From: Vibrio vulnificus CMCP6 | GTDB lineage: Bacteria > Pseudomonadota > Gammaproteobacteria > Enterobacterales > Vibrionaceae | Direction of reading: 5' to 3' | Assembly: GCF_000039765.1 (NCBI RefSeq) | Contig: NC_004459.3 | Location: 2,721,127-2,753,126 of the forward strand | Length of the DNA: 32,000 nt | Shown here: positions 1-7,833 of the stretch, in pieces | Layout of the letters: every line of letters starts with the position of its first letter | Position numbering within the stretch: the stretch's first letter is position 1 | Notes under the pieces: generated by a model | Seen by the model: only the letters and a program-made list of their open reading frames with translations | Told to the model about the DNA's origin: nothing | Database searches by the model: none | Position numbers and translations under genes: made by a program

Positions 1-909
1 AAACGCCAACAAGAGCTGTTCGCGGCTGAGCAAGCGTTGGCAGACTTTCAAAACCAATATTCTGCCGACACACCAGCGATGCAAGCGCAGAACTTAACGC
101 GCTTGGCTTCTCTTAAACAGAGCCTTGCAGAGAAAGAAGCCGAGCTTGCTGGTGTGGAAAAAACCTTAGGTTCGCTTGACCAACAATTGTCGAAAACCAA
201 CCCTGTGATTGGCAAAATTGAAGAACAAATTATCACCATCCGCAGTGAACTGGCCTTGCTAAGTGCTAAGTACACCGATCAGCACAGCTCTGTTCAAGCC
301 AAAATGCGCGAGCTTTCGCGCTTGGAACAAGAGCGGCATCAACTGCTGAGTAACCGCAGTGTAACGCTCAATAGCGCTCAACTATGGGATATCGCCAGTA
401 GCACCATCAACGATACCAATGACAGCCAGCCGCTTTTGGTCACTCAGCTGCAGCAGTTGCAGGTGATACGAGGCCGTTATGAAGCACTGAACGAAGAAAC
501 CCTCAGCCTCGCAAACATGATTGGCGAGCTGGAACAAAAAGCCAATCACTTCGGCAATACCGCGAAAGACATCACACGGCTGGAGCGCGACGTCACCGTG
601 AAGCGCCAACTGTATGAAGAATTGGTTCAACGTTATGAAATGGCGCAACTGACAGGCTCATTAGGCATTTTTGAGCAAAATAAACGTGTGAAAGTGATCG
701 ATGTCCCCTACACGCCATCTTCCACCGCCAACTTGCCTGTGATTCTCTTCGTGCTGGCAGGGCTATTTGGCGGCATCGCACTCGGCGCAGGCATGGCGAT
801 CTTCTTTGAGATCTTTGACTCAACCATACGCAGTCAACAACAGTTACGCAGTCTCATCAATGTGCCCGTTTTAACGGTGATTCCTCGTATTCGTGCCCCG
901 CGTAACTGA
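1..909 (+). CDS. sypO: Chain-length determinant / Wzz-GumC-like polysaccharide protein, 3' part (gene truncated by window start); probable SypO
   Basis: Reading frame is open from base 1. The coiled-coil periplasmic region is followed by a C-terminal TM segment (LPVILFVLAGLFGGIALGAG) typical of Wzz/GumC. Symbol inferred from gene order. Confidence 0.7.
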   Translation, partial: KRQQELFAAEQALADFQNQYSADTPAMQAQNLTRLASLKQSLAEKEAELAGVEKTLGSLDQQLSKTNPVIGKIEEQIITIRSELALLSAKYTDQHSSVQAKMRELSRLEQERHQLLSNRSVTLNSAQLWDIASSTINDTNDSQPLLVTQLQQLQVIRGRYEALNEETLSLANMIGELEQKANHFGNTAKDITRLERDVTVKRQLYEELVQRYEMAQLTGSLGIFEQNKRVKVIDVPYTPSSTANLPVILFVLAGLFGGIALGAGMAIFFEIFDSTIRSQQQLRSLINVPVLTVIPRIRAPRN

Positions 910-930
910 TCCCACTGAATATCACGCCTC

Positions 931-966
931 GCCCACCACAGCATCCGCTTCGGTGGGCATTTTTTA
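931..966 (+). terminator. Rho-independent terminator after the Wzz-like gene
   Basis: GCCCACC (931-937) ... GGTGGGC (952-958) followed by ATTTTTT. Confidence 0.75.
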
Positions 967-983
967 ATCGCTCGTCAAAGCGA

Positions 984-998
984 TTCTCAATATGAGAA
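984..998 (+). promoter_or_regulatory. Candidate SypG enhancer-type palindrome TTCTCA-ATA-TGAGAA
   Basis: 6-bp arms with a 3-nt spacer, about 48 bp upstream of a sigma54-type promoter. Matches the published V. fischeri motif as I recall it (TTCTCANNNTG...). Confidence 0.6.
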
Positions 999-1045
999 CA
1001 CTACAGCCAATCGACATAACTCCATGTTTTAATTCAACTAAATCG

Positions 1046-1061
1046 TTGGCACACAACCTGC
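1046..1061 (+). promoter_or_regulatory. Candidate sigma54 (RpoN) promoter, TTGGCAC-ACAAC-CTGC
   Basis: GG at 1048-1049, N10, GC at 1060-1061; close to consensus TGGCAC-N5-TTGC. Lies 59 bp before the 1120 ATG. Confidence 0.6.
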
Positions 1062-1119
1062 TAAATCCCTTAAGCACTACGCGACGCTTTACGTTAATCA
1101 GTTGAAATGGGGATAGGCC

Positions 1120-2226
1120 ATGAACAAAGATAAGCCGAGAAAAACCATTTTTCATGTTGTTCAACATCTCGCTCCCGGCGGCTTAGAAACGCTCGTCCTG
1201 GACATGATGAATGTCTGCTCGACGGATCACGATGTCTACATCATTAGCCTAGAGGGCACAAAGCAAGATGCGGTATTGCATTGGCCTAAGCTGCGCAAGT
1301 ACGCTCGCCAATGTGTCTTTCTCGACAAAGGGACCGGTATCCGCGTTCAGACCATTCACTATCTCGTTAAGTTGTTTCGCCAGTTCTCACCCGATGTGGT
1401 TCATACCCATCATATTGGTCCGTTACTGTATGGAGGGATCGCGGCTCGTTTAAGCGGCGTTGCTTGCCGCATTCATACTGAGCATGACGGTTGGCACCTT
1501 ACCCAGACCAAAAACGCGTTATTGCAAACATGGGCGTTAAAACTGGTTCAACCCATCTTGGTGGCCGACGCAACCGAAGTAAAACTGAGCATTGAACAAC
1601 ATCTGCATCATGAAAACATCATTACCATTAAAAACGGTATTGATTGCGATTACTTTGCCCCTGCAGATAAAACGTGGGCTCGTAAGCAGTTAGATCTGCC
1701 ATTGGACAAGCGTATTGTCGGTTGTGCAGGAAGGTTGGAATCGGTGAAAGGTCAGCAGTGGCTGATACAAGCGCTGCCCATGCTGCCTCACAATGTGCAC
1801 TTGGCGATTGCTGGTCATGGCTCTTTACGCCAAGAGTTAGAGCGTTTGGTATTTACCATGCAACTGCAAGATCGCGTGACGTTTCTTGGCCTTTGCTGCA
1901 CGATGCCGACTTTTTATCAATCGCTTGATCTTTTCTGCTTACCGTCACTCAACGAAGGCTTTCCTCTTTCGACGCTAGAAGCGCAAGCGTGCAACGTTCC
2001 GGTGGTTGCCACCAGCGTAGGCGGCACCCACGAAACCTTATGCCCCCATTTAAGTCGGCTCTGCCCTCCTGCTGACGCCGCTGCGTTAGCGCAAGAAATC
2101 AATGCGTTATTGGTCATGGACCGATCTGCTTTTGCCCACACTTTGCGTGATTTTGTCGTTCGTCATCATAATATTCGTCACATGGTGGCGCAGTACAACC
2201 AATTGGCATTAGGAGCATCTCTATGA
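1120..2226 (+). CDS. sypP: Glycosyltransferase family 4; probable SypP
   Basis: 368 aa; N-terminal GGLETLVLDMM, C-terminal GT4 signature SLNEGFPLSTLEAQACNVPVVATSVGG. Confidence 0.8.
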   Translation: MNKDKPRKTIFHVVQHLAPGGLETLVLDMMNVCSTDHDVYIISLEGTKQDAVLHWPKLRKYARQCVFLDKGTGIRVQTIHYLVKLFRQFSPDVVHTHHIGPLLYGGIAARLSGVACRIHTEHDGWHLTQTKNALLQTWALKLVQPILVADATEVKLSIEQHLHHENIITIKNGIDCDYFAPADKTWARKQLDLPLDKRIVGCAGRLESVKGQQWLIQALPMLPHNVHLAIAGHGSLRQELERLVFTMQLQDRVTFLGLCCTMPTFYQSLDLFCLPSLNEGFPLSTLEAQACNVPVVATSVGGTHETLCPHLSRLCPPADAAALAQEINALLVMDRSAFAHTLRDFVVRHHNIRHMVAQYNQLALGASL

Positions 2227-3452
2227 TGGCAACATTGAGTTTCTTTGAGTGGATGATGGCGGGCATTTTTGCAACATCAGCCAGCTTGATTGTTTACCAC
2301 CACGTCGGCTATCCGGTTTTACTTAAATGGATGGCCGGACGAAAAAAACAGGCGTCGAACCTGAGTTCAAACACTCTCCAACGCCATTATCTCGTGCAGC
2401 AAAAAGACAAGATGTTACCCAGCATTACGATTGTTATTCCTGCCTATAACGAAGCGCATTGGATCGCCGACAAAATACGTAACCTTGCGAGCCTAGATTA
2501 TCCAGCCGACAAGCTACGCGTGGTCATCGCATGTGATGGATGCACCGACAACACCGTTGATATTGCTCAAGACACCATCCAAGAAGCGATTTGTTCCGAG
2601 ATGCTGTTCGAAATTCACGACTATCCCGTCAACCGAGGTAAGGTGGCGGTGATTAATGACGAAGTTGCTCAAATCAGTAGCGAGATTACGGCGCTCAGTG
2701 ACGTCTCAGCATTGATTTCCGTCGATGCATTGCTGCTGGCCGCCGCGCATTTTGAACAGCAAGAAACTGGCGTGGTCAACGCCAGCTATCGCATTTGGTG
2801 CCATGAAAATTCGGCAGAGAATGCCTATTGGCAGTATCAAACTCGCATCAAGGCGACAGAGTCTTCAATCGGTTCAAGTATTGGTTCACACGGCGCCTTC
2901 TATCTTTTTCGCACTAAGTTATTTACACCCCTGAGCAGCAATACCATTAACGATGATTTCATTTTGCCAATGAGCATCGTGAAACAAGGTCATAAAGCAG
3001 ACTATGAGACGGAAATGGTGGCACTTGAGCTTGAACGCAGCGAGCTTCAACAAGATTATGCGCGCCGTTTACGCATTTCTGCGGGCAACATGCAACAATT
3101 GATCGCATTGGCGGCGTTACTCAATCCAAAATTTGGGGGAACCGCTTTTACCTTCTTTTCTGGCAAAGGGCTCAGACTGCTTACCCCTTACTTAATGCTG
3201 CTGTGTTTGATCACGTCATTGTGGCTGATGCAGCATGTCATTTTTGCCGCGTTATTGGGTTTACAGTTGGCCATCTATCTCGGTGCGATGCTTGGCCACT
3301 GCTGGCCGACTGCGGCCAAATTCAAACCAATCAGACTGATCCACTACCTCGTCACAGGCCACCTTGCCAATTTACTCGGCGGCTTGCGCTATCTGCTGGG
3401 TAAAGAAAATGGACACTGGACTCGAGTTCATCACGATGGAGAACGCTCATGA
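2223..3452 (+). CDS. sypQ: Membrane glycosyltransferase family 2; probable SypQ
   Basis: 409 aa; ITIVIPAYNEAHWIADKI, C-terminal TM segments. Start overlaps the upstream stop (ATGA). Confidence 0.75.
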   Translation: MMATLSFFEWMMAGIFATSASLIVYHHVGYPVLLKWMAGRKKQASNLSSNTLQRHYLVQQKDKMLPSITIVIPAYNEAHWIADKIRNLASLDYPADKLRVVIACDGCTDNTVDIAQDTIQEAICSEMLFEIHDYPVNRGKVAVINDEVAQISSEITALSDVSALISVDALLLAAAHFEQQETGVVNASYRIWCHENSAENAYWQYQTRIKATESSIGSSIGSHGAFYLFRTKLFTPLSSNTINDDFILPMSIVKQGHKADYETEMVALELERSELQQDYARRLRISAGNMQQLIALAALLNPKFGGTAFTFFSGKGLRLLTPYLMLLCLITSLWLMQHVIFAALLGLQLAIYLGAMLGHCWPTAAKFKPIRLIHYLVTGHLANLLGGLRYLLGKENGHWTRVHHDGERS

Positions 3453-4090
3453 AACGTAACGGCTTATTTGAATCGCACATCTTTCGAGCAAAACGTCTGT
3501 TCGACCTAGTGTTTGCCTCGTTAGCATTGCTCGTGACCTTGCCTCTCTTTCCTCTGATTGCACTGGCAATCAAAGCCACCTCGAAAGGCAACATCATCTA
3601 TAAACAGTTGCGTGTCGGACGCTCGACCCCCGAGAAAATGGAACTGTTCGAGATCATGAAGTTTCGCACTATGTACTGCGATGCAGAATCACGCTCTGGC
3701 GCAGTGTGGGCAACGGAAAACGACCCAAGAATTACCCCTGTGGGCCGATTTTTACGCAAAACGCGCCTAGATGAATTGCCGCAGCTATTTAATGTTTTAA
3801 AAGGTGAGATGTCTCTGATTGGCCCAAGACCTGAGAGACCCGATTTTTATCAGCGCCTTGAACAAGAGATCCCCTATTTTGCCGATCGCACCTATGGGGT
3901 TTTACCCGGAATAACAGGGCTTGCACAAATCAATCAAGGCTACGACACCAGTATTGAAGATGTTCGCCGAAAAGTGGGGTTTGATCATAGCTATGCGTTG
4001 AGCCTCAATTCCTTCTCTAACTGGCTGCAGACAGACATAGCCATTATCGTCAAAACCATCATTGTGATGGTGGATGGACGAGGTCGTTGA
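3449..4090 (+). CDS. sypR: Undecaprenyl-phosphate sugar phosphotransferase (bacterial sugar transferase); probable SypR
   Basis: 213 aa; KRLFDLVFASLALLVTLPLF, KFRTMYCDAESRSG, TRLDELPQLFNVLKGEMSLIGPRPERP. Confidence 0.85.
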   Translation: MKRNGLFESHIFRAKRLFDLVFASLALLVTLPLFPLIALAIKATSKGNIIYKQLRVGRSTPEKMELFEIMKFRTMYCDAESRSGAVWATENDPRITPVGRFLRKTRLDELPQLFNVLKGEMSLIGPRPERPDFYQRLEQEIPYFADRTYGVLPGITGLAQINQGYDTSIEDVRRKVGFDHSYALSLNSFSNWLQTDIAIIVKTIIVMVDGRGR

Positions 4091-4091
4091 G

Positions 4092-4484
4092 CTAGTTTTG
4101 CCAGCGCTGACGCATCTTTTCTATCGTCTGTGCTGGCACATCATGAATCGAGCCATATTCACCTGTGCAGACAAGAATCTCCACGCTGAAACCATGGCGC
4201 TCTGCAAAACGCAAGTAAGACTTCATTTCCCAGTGCTGAACAAAGGTATTGCTCACAATCACCGCTCTGCCCTGTTTGAGGTATTGGCACACTTTGTTTA
4301 AACACCAACGATGGGCTTGCTCTAAGCGCGTTGGGTCAAATTGATAGCGGCCTTGCTGATCGACAAAATACATGTCTGTCTCGAGATGAACGGCATGCGT
4401 TTGCTTCGCAAGTTGTTGCGCCAGCGTACTTTTACCAGAACCTGGTAATCCGCGAATGAGTGTCAATTTGGCTTGTTGAGACAT
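4092..4484 (-). CDS. P-loop kinase / AAA family ATP-binding protein
   Basis: Walker A GLPGSGKSTLA. Start chosen at MSQQAKLTLIRG (4484) rather than the longer 4565 ORF. Confidence 0.7.
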   Translation of the reverse strand: MSQQAKLTLIRGLPGSGKSTLAQQLAKQTHAVHLETDMYFVDQQGRYQFDPTRLEQAHRWCLNKVCQYLKQGRAVIVSNTFVQHWEMKSYLRFAERHGFSVEILVCTGEYGSIHDVPAQTIEKMRQRWQN

Positions 4485-4589
4485 AGCGAGTAGAGATACA
4501 GAGAGTAGAAATAAAGCATAAGGCGGACATATTATCAGTTTTTGTCGCGGTATTCTCGTTAACAAACAGAGAGCGTGCCGCTGTGAAGT

Positions 4590-4793
4590 TCATTTGGGGT
4601 TATGGAAATAAACGCGTGCCTTCAGTGTGGCTAAACGCGCTTGGCTGCGCGCCAATATTTCCTGCTGCTGCGCTGCGTTCGATTGCGTCCAGCCTAAGAT
4701 CTCGTTTAGGTGCCGACCGCAACCTAAACAGACATCTTCCTCATTCAAACAACAGTGCCGAATGCATGGATTATCGAATCGTCGCTCTTCCAT
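4590..4793 (-). CDS. DUF1289-type cysteine-rich small protein
   Basis: 67 aa; NPCIRHCCLNEEDVCLGCGRHLNEILGW pattern of four cysteines typical of DUF1289. Confidence 0.75.
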   Translation of the reverse strand: MEERRFDNPCIRHCCLNEEDVCLGCGRHLNEILGWTQSNAAQQQEILARSQARLATLKARVYFHNPK

Positions 4794-5132
4794 ATCCGCG
4801 CCACCTCAATTGCAAACCTCACTAAAGTATCGTTCAATTTTGGCACCACGTCTTTTTCATCCACCAGTTCGAGCTAAGCCATTGCTCAAATAGTGTCTCA
4901 ATGCTCAATAAAAGTGTGATCAATGGCTGCACTTTAAAAGATAGCGTCTCCTCATGCCTTGTATTTCAGTATGTGGCCCCAATAACATGTGCAAGCGAGA
5001 TAAAACAAATGCTTTGTCTACTTGAGTAAAAGTAGCTTATCCAACGATTTTTGATTCACCGCAATGCGGTGCTTCGCTAGCCAGATTTAGTATTACGCTT
5101 CATTTTAGAAGCCATTTTCAAAGGTAAATTTT

Positions 5133-5621
5133 ATGTCTGATGCACCTACTACCGTTGAATACGCAGTAGAAACTGTTCAACCTGTTGTTGAATCTACAGG
5201 TTCAGTTTGGGGTTATGTGATTGGCGGTATCGCGGTTGTCGCGCTGATCGGCTATTTCGGCTTCAAAAAGCTCAACAAGCCTGCTTTCATCATCAAGCAA
5301 ATGCGTCGACGCAACCAAAAAGAGATGAAAAAACAAGGTATCGAAAGCGCAGAAGCCATGGTCGACCTTGATCTTCTTTTAGATGCCGTTGAGGAATACG
5401 CAACAGAGAAACAGATGAGTGGTACTCAGATGGTGCAACTGCTTGCGCCTATGAATGACAAGTCAAAGATCAAATCTGCGACGGATTTGTACAACTCAAT
5501 GGCGTACATTGCTAAGAGCATTGATAACGTCTCACTTGCAAAATCCCTACAAGGCAAAGGCAAACAAGCGCGCTCAAGCTCTGCGCTTATGGCCGGCCTA
5601 CTTAAACGTGCAGGTGTTTAA
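5133..5621 (+). CDS. Hypothetical protein with one TM segment
   Basis: 162 aa; TM segment GYVIGGIAVVALIGYFGF followed by a basic cytoplasmic domain; followed by a terminator. Confidence 0.7.
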   Translation: MSDAPTTVEYAVETVQPVVESTGSVWGYVIGGIAVVALIGYFGFKKLNKPAFIIKQMRRRNQKEMKKQGIESAEAMVDLDLLLDAVEEYATEKQMSGTQMVQLLAPMNDKSKIKSATDLYNSMAYIAKSIDNVSLAKSLQGKGKQARSSSALMAGLLKRAGV

Positions 5622-5659
5622 GCGACGCCTTATTCGTCAATAAACGAATCACAAAGACA

Positions 5660-5690
5660 AAAAGGCATCTTGTTAGATGCCTTTTCTATT
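5660..5690 (+). terminator. Bidirectional Rho-independent terminator
   Basis: AAAAGGCATC-TTGTTA-GATGCCTTTT; lies between the + strand hypothetical gene and the - strand VOC gene. Confidence 0.8.
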
Positions 5691-5714
5691 TAATGAGAGC
5701 GCAAAACAATTCCA

Positions 5715-6095
5715 CTACTGCATAGAATGTAAGCCGATCATATTGCCTTCCGAATCCTGCACTAACGAGATAAAGCCGTACTCGCCGATGGCCATTTTCG
5801 CTTGAACGACAACGCCACCATGTTGCGTTGCTCTCTCCTGTTCAACCGCACAGTCTTCACAAGAAAAGTACACCAGCGTACCGCCTGCTCCGGCGCTAAT
5901 ACCGTCCATTTTCACTAATGCTCCACTTGCGCCATAGCTTTCCATATCCGATGGGAAGAACCACATTTCTATATCTGTTCCTGTCGGATCCATCATTTGT
6001 TCAAACGTGACTTGAAAAACCGATTGATAAAAATGTTTGGCTCTCTCTACATCATCAACATAAATCTCAAACCAACCGATGGGATTCTTATCCAT
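5715..6095 (-). CDS. VOC family (glyoxalase/bleomycin resistance-like) protein
   Basis: 126 aa; IGWFEIYVDDVERAKHFYQSVF...GYISLVQDSEGNMIGLHS; SD AGGAGG. Confidence 0.8.
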   Translation of the reverse strand: MDKNPIGWFEIYVDDVERAKHFYQSVFQVTFEQMMDPTGTDIEMWFFPSDMESYGASGALVKMDGISAGAGGTLVYFSCEDCAVEQERATQHGGVVVQAKMAIGEYGFISLVQDSEGNMIGLHSMQ

Positions 6096-6111
6096 TTTGC
6101 CTCCTACACGT

Positions 6112-6130
6112 TGTTATGTTCGCCATAACA
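6112..6130. promoter_or_regulatory. Palindromic operator-like site TGTTATG-TTCGC-CATAACA
   Basis: 7-bp perfect arms, 17 bp upstream of the VOC start codon, in the divergent intergenic region. Confidence 0.4.
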
Positions 6131-6336
6131 CTAGTCGATGAGGACCTAATTGCCAGTTTTCTACGTCTTAATAATGAGCATCCCGCCTATTACATTCATA
6201 CATTCACTTAAACTAATATAACCATCAACAAAGCGCTGCTTAGAACAATTACGCTCGCTATGAACATTGCAATTGAACATTGTTTTATTAATTGTTAAGG
6301 TCGCCTTCTCGATTCACCATCTTCATAGAAAGTACA

Positions 6337-6972
6337 ATGAAAAGAAAAACATTGACCACAGTAGCACTGCTACTGACCCTTAGCGCAGCTGCACACGCAA
6401 ACTCTTTTGGCAAATACTCTTACATCGGTGTCGGTCTGCAATACAGCGAGCAGAAGAATGACAGTCTAGGATCATTTCTAGGCTCTGAGTTCGATGGTAA
6501 AGGCTCAAGAGATCTTTTTGGTGTTAACTTCACTGGTAGCTATTCACCCGTTACCATGGATGCTTATGTCAAATACGAGTTTGAAGGTACCACATCAGGA
6601 AATACCGACATCTCCAGCTCGTTTGCTGGCTTAGGCGGTTACAACAATTTCAATACCACTTCGCTTTTCTACACAGTTGGTGTCAGTAAATACGACGTAG
6701 AGCGTGAATACAGCTCCCGTGAAGGTTCTGCGAGGTTCCGAGAGTTTGGCCCGGCAGCCGATCTCGGCGTGAGTTTCCAGCTTGCGCCCTTTTTAGCCCT
6801 CACGCCAAGATATCGAATTTCTTATCTTGACCAAGATGTAATGAATGACTTCAAACTCACTGGGCAGTTTATGTTTGGATCGACTTTCTCGTTAGAGGTA
6901 TCAGCAGGCTACAATACCTACCGAGATTCTGAACAGTTTAATGGGCAAACCGCGGTAAAATTTGCTTTTTAG
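6337..6972 (+). CDS. Outer membrane beta-barrel protein
   Basis: Signal peptide MKRKTLTTVALLLTLSAAAHA, alternating beta-strand pattern, terminal aromatic (VKFAF). Confidence 0.75.
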   Translation: MKRKTLTTVALLLTLSAAAHANSFGKYSYIGVGLQYSEQKNDSLGSFLGSEFDGKGSRDLFGVNFTGSYSPVTMDAYVKYEFEGTTSGNTDISSSFAGLGGYNNFNTTSLFYTVGVSKYDVEREYSSREGSARFREFGPAADLGVSFQLAPFLALTPRYRISYLDQDVMNDFKLTGQFMFGSTFSLEVSAGYNTYRDSEQFNGQTAVKFAF

Positions 6973-7008
6973 CGGCAAGATCCAACGCACTCTTCGCACG
7001 CGAAAGAC

Positions 7009-7035
7009 AAAAAAAGAGCACCTCGATGGGTGCTC
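7009..7035 (-). terminator. Rho-independent terminator, strongest on the minus strand
   Basis: + strand AAAAAAA-GAGCACC-TCGATG-GGTGCTC; on the minus strand it reads GAGCACC..GGTGCTC followed by TTTTTTT. Confidence 0.75.
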
Positions 7036-7056
7036 TCTCATTATGAAACCTAGCCG

Positions 7057-7194
7057 TTATAGCCCGCCTTCCTGCTGAGCTTGCTTTACTAATGCCTGAC
7101 GTTGAGTTTCCTTATCTGTTACCACTTTATTTTCCTTTTCCTGAGTTTGTTCAACAGCTTGTGGAACAAATACAAAGTACTTATTAATAGTCAT
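7057..7194 (-). CDS. Small hypothetical protein, 45 aa (not in the supplied ORF track)
   Basis: MTINKYFVFVPQAVEQTQEKENKVVTDKETQRQALVKQAQQEGGL; SD GAGG 8 nt before ATG; terminator immediately downstream. Confidence 0.6.
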   Translation of the reverse strand: MTINKYFVFVPQAVEQTQEKENKVVTDKETQRQALVKQAQQEGGL

Positions 7195-7287
7195 CTTAAG
7201 AACCTCGGTTGTAATTTAAATCACCTTCCCGGTAAGCATTTAACAACATCGACTCACAAACGAATCGACTCCATGTTGGCGGTTTCA

Positions 7288-7321
7288 AAAAATAGAGGAT
7301 GTTTAAATATTAAACATCCTC
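7288..7321 (-). terminator. Perfect 12-bp inverted repeat, probable minus-strand terminator
   Basis: GAGGATGTTTAA-ATA-TTAAACATCCTC (7295-7321); minus strand continues into TATTTTTTG. Confidence 0.65.
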
Positions 7322-7331
7322 CATATGCACG

Positions 7332-7502
7332 CTAATTATAGGATGAGTTCAGGGGCGTAGATAGACAAAGTGAGACTTTTGACAACATTTTTACGAAATA
7401 CCGCCTTTCATGTTGAATAAAAACACTACCTTCATCAAAGATGTACACTTTTTGAGATTTATTTAGCCGACATTTTATGTATCCATCCCCACCAACTGAC
7501 AT
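7332..7502 (-). CDS. Possible small hypothetical protein (56 aa from ATG 7502; 61 aa from TTG 7517)
   Basis: MSVGGDGYIKCRLNKSQKVYIFDEGSVFIQHERRYFVKML...; stop lies 10 bp before the terminator-like hairpin. RBS is weak. Confidence 0.4.
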   Translation of the reverse strand: MSVGGDGYIKCRLNKSQKVYIFDEGSVFIQHERRYFVKMLSKVSLCLSTPLNSSYN

Positions 7503-7539
7503 TGTAGGCAGAGACAAACAGAAACCATTGGAGGTTCTT

Positions 7540-7746
7540 ATGCAACAGAAACTCGGTCATGTCATGTCATTCAGCAGAATGTTCTCTTTCGTCGCTTTTC
7601 TTACCGCAACGTTTGCGTGGATATTGAGTATGTATGCTCTGTTTACGGTTTCTATCGTTGCTTTAGTTGTGAGCTTATTGCTCTACCTTCGCGACAAGTT
7701 CATCGAAAAATACCATTCCAGCACATCCAAAGAAAAGCGTGCGTAA
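7540..7746 (+). CDS. Small membrane protein, 68 aa, two TM segments
   Basis: SD GGAGG upstream of ATG 7540; MQQKLGHVMSFSRMFSFVAFLTATFAWILSMYALFTVSIVALVVSLLLYLRDKF...; followed by a terminator. Confidence 0.65.
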   Translation: MQQKLGHVMSFSRMFSFVAFLTATFAWILSMYALFTVSIVALVVSLLLYLRDKFIEKYHSSTSKEKRA

Positions 7747-7779
7747 GCTTGTTCATTAGCTTTAAAAGTCATTCAAGAA

Positions 7780-7806
7780 AAAAGGATGTCACTTGGACAT
7801 CCTTTT
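7780..7806. terminator. Bidirectional Rho-independent terminator
   Basis: AAAAGGATGTC-ACTTG-GACATCCTTTT between convergent genes. Confidence 0.8.
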
Positions 7807-7833
7807 GCGTTTTATTGGTTTACTAACGATCTA

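Noticed and set aside
4877-4928. Inverted repeat AGCCATTG ... CAATGGCT
   Set aside because: 8-bp arms 36 nt apart are expected by chance in a window this size; no supporting context.
7102-7335. 77-aa + strand ORF
   Set aside because: Spans the 7295-7321 palindrome and lies antisense to the better supported 45-aa ORF.
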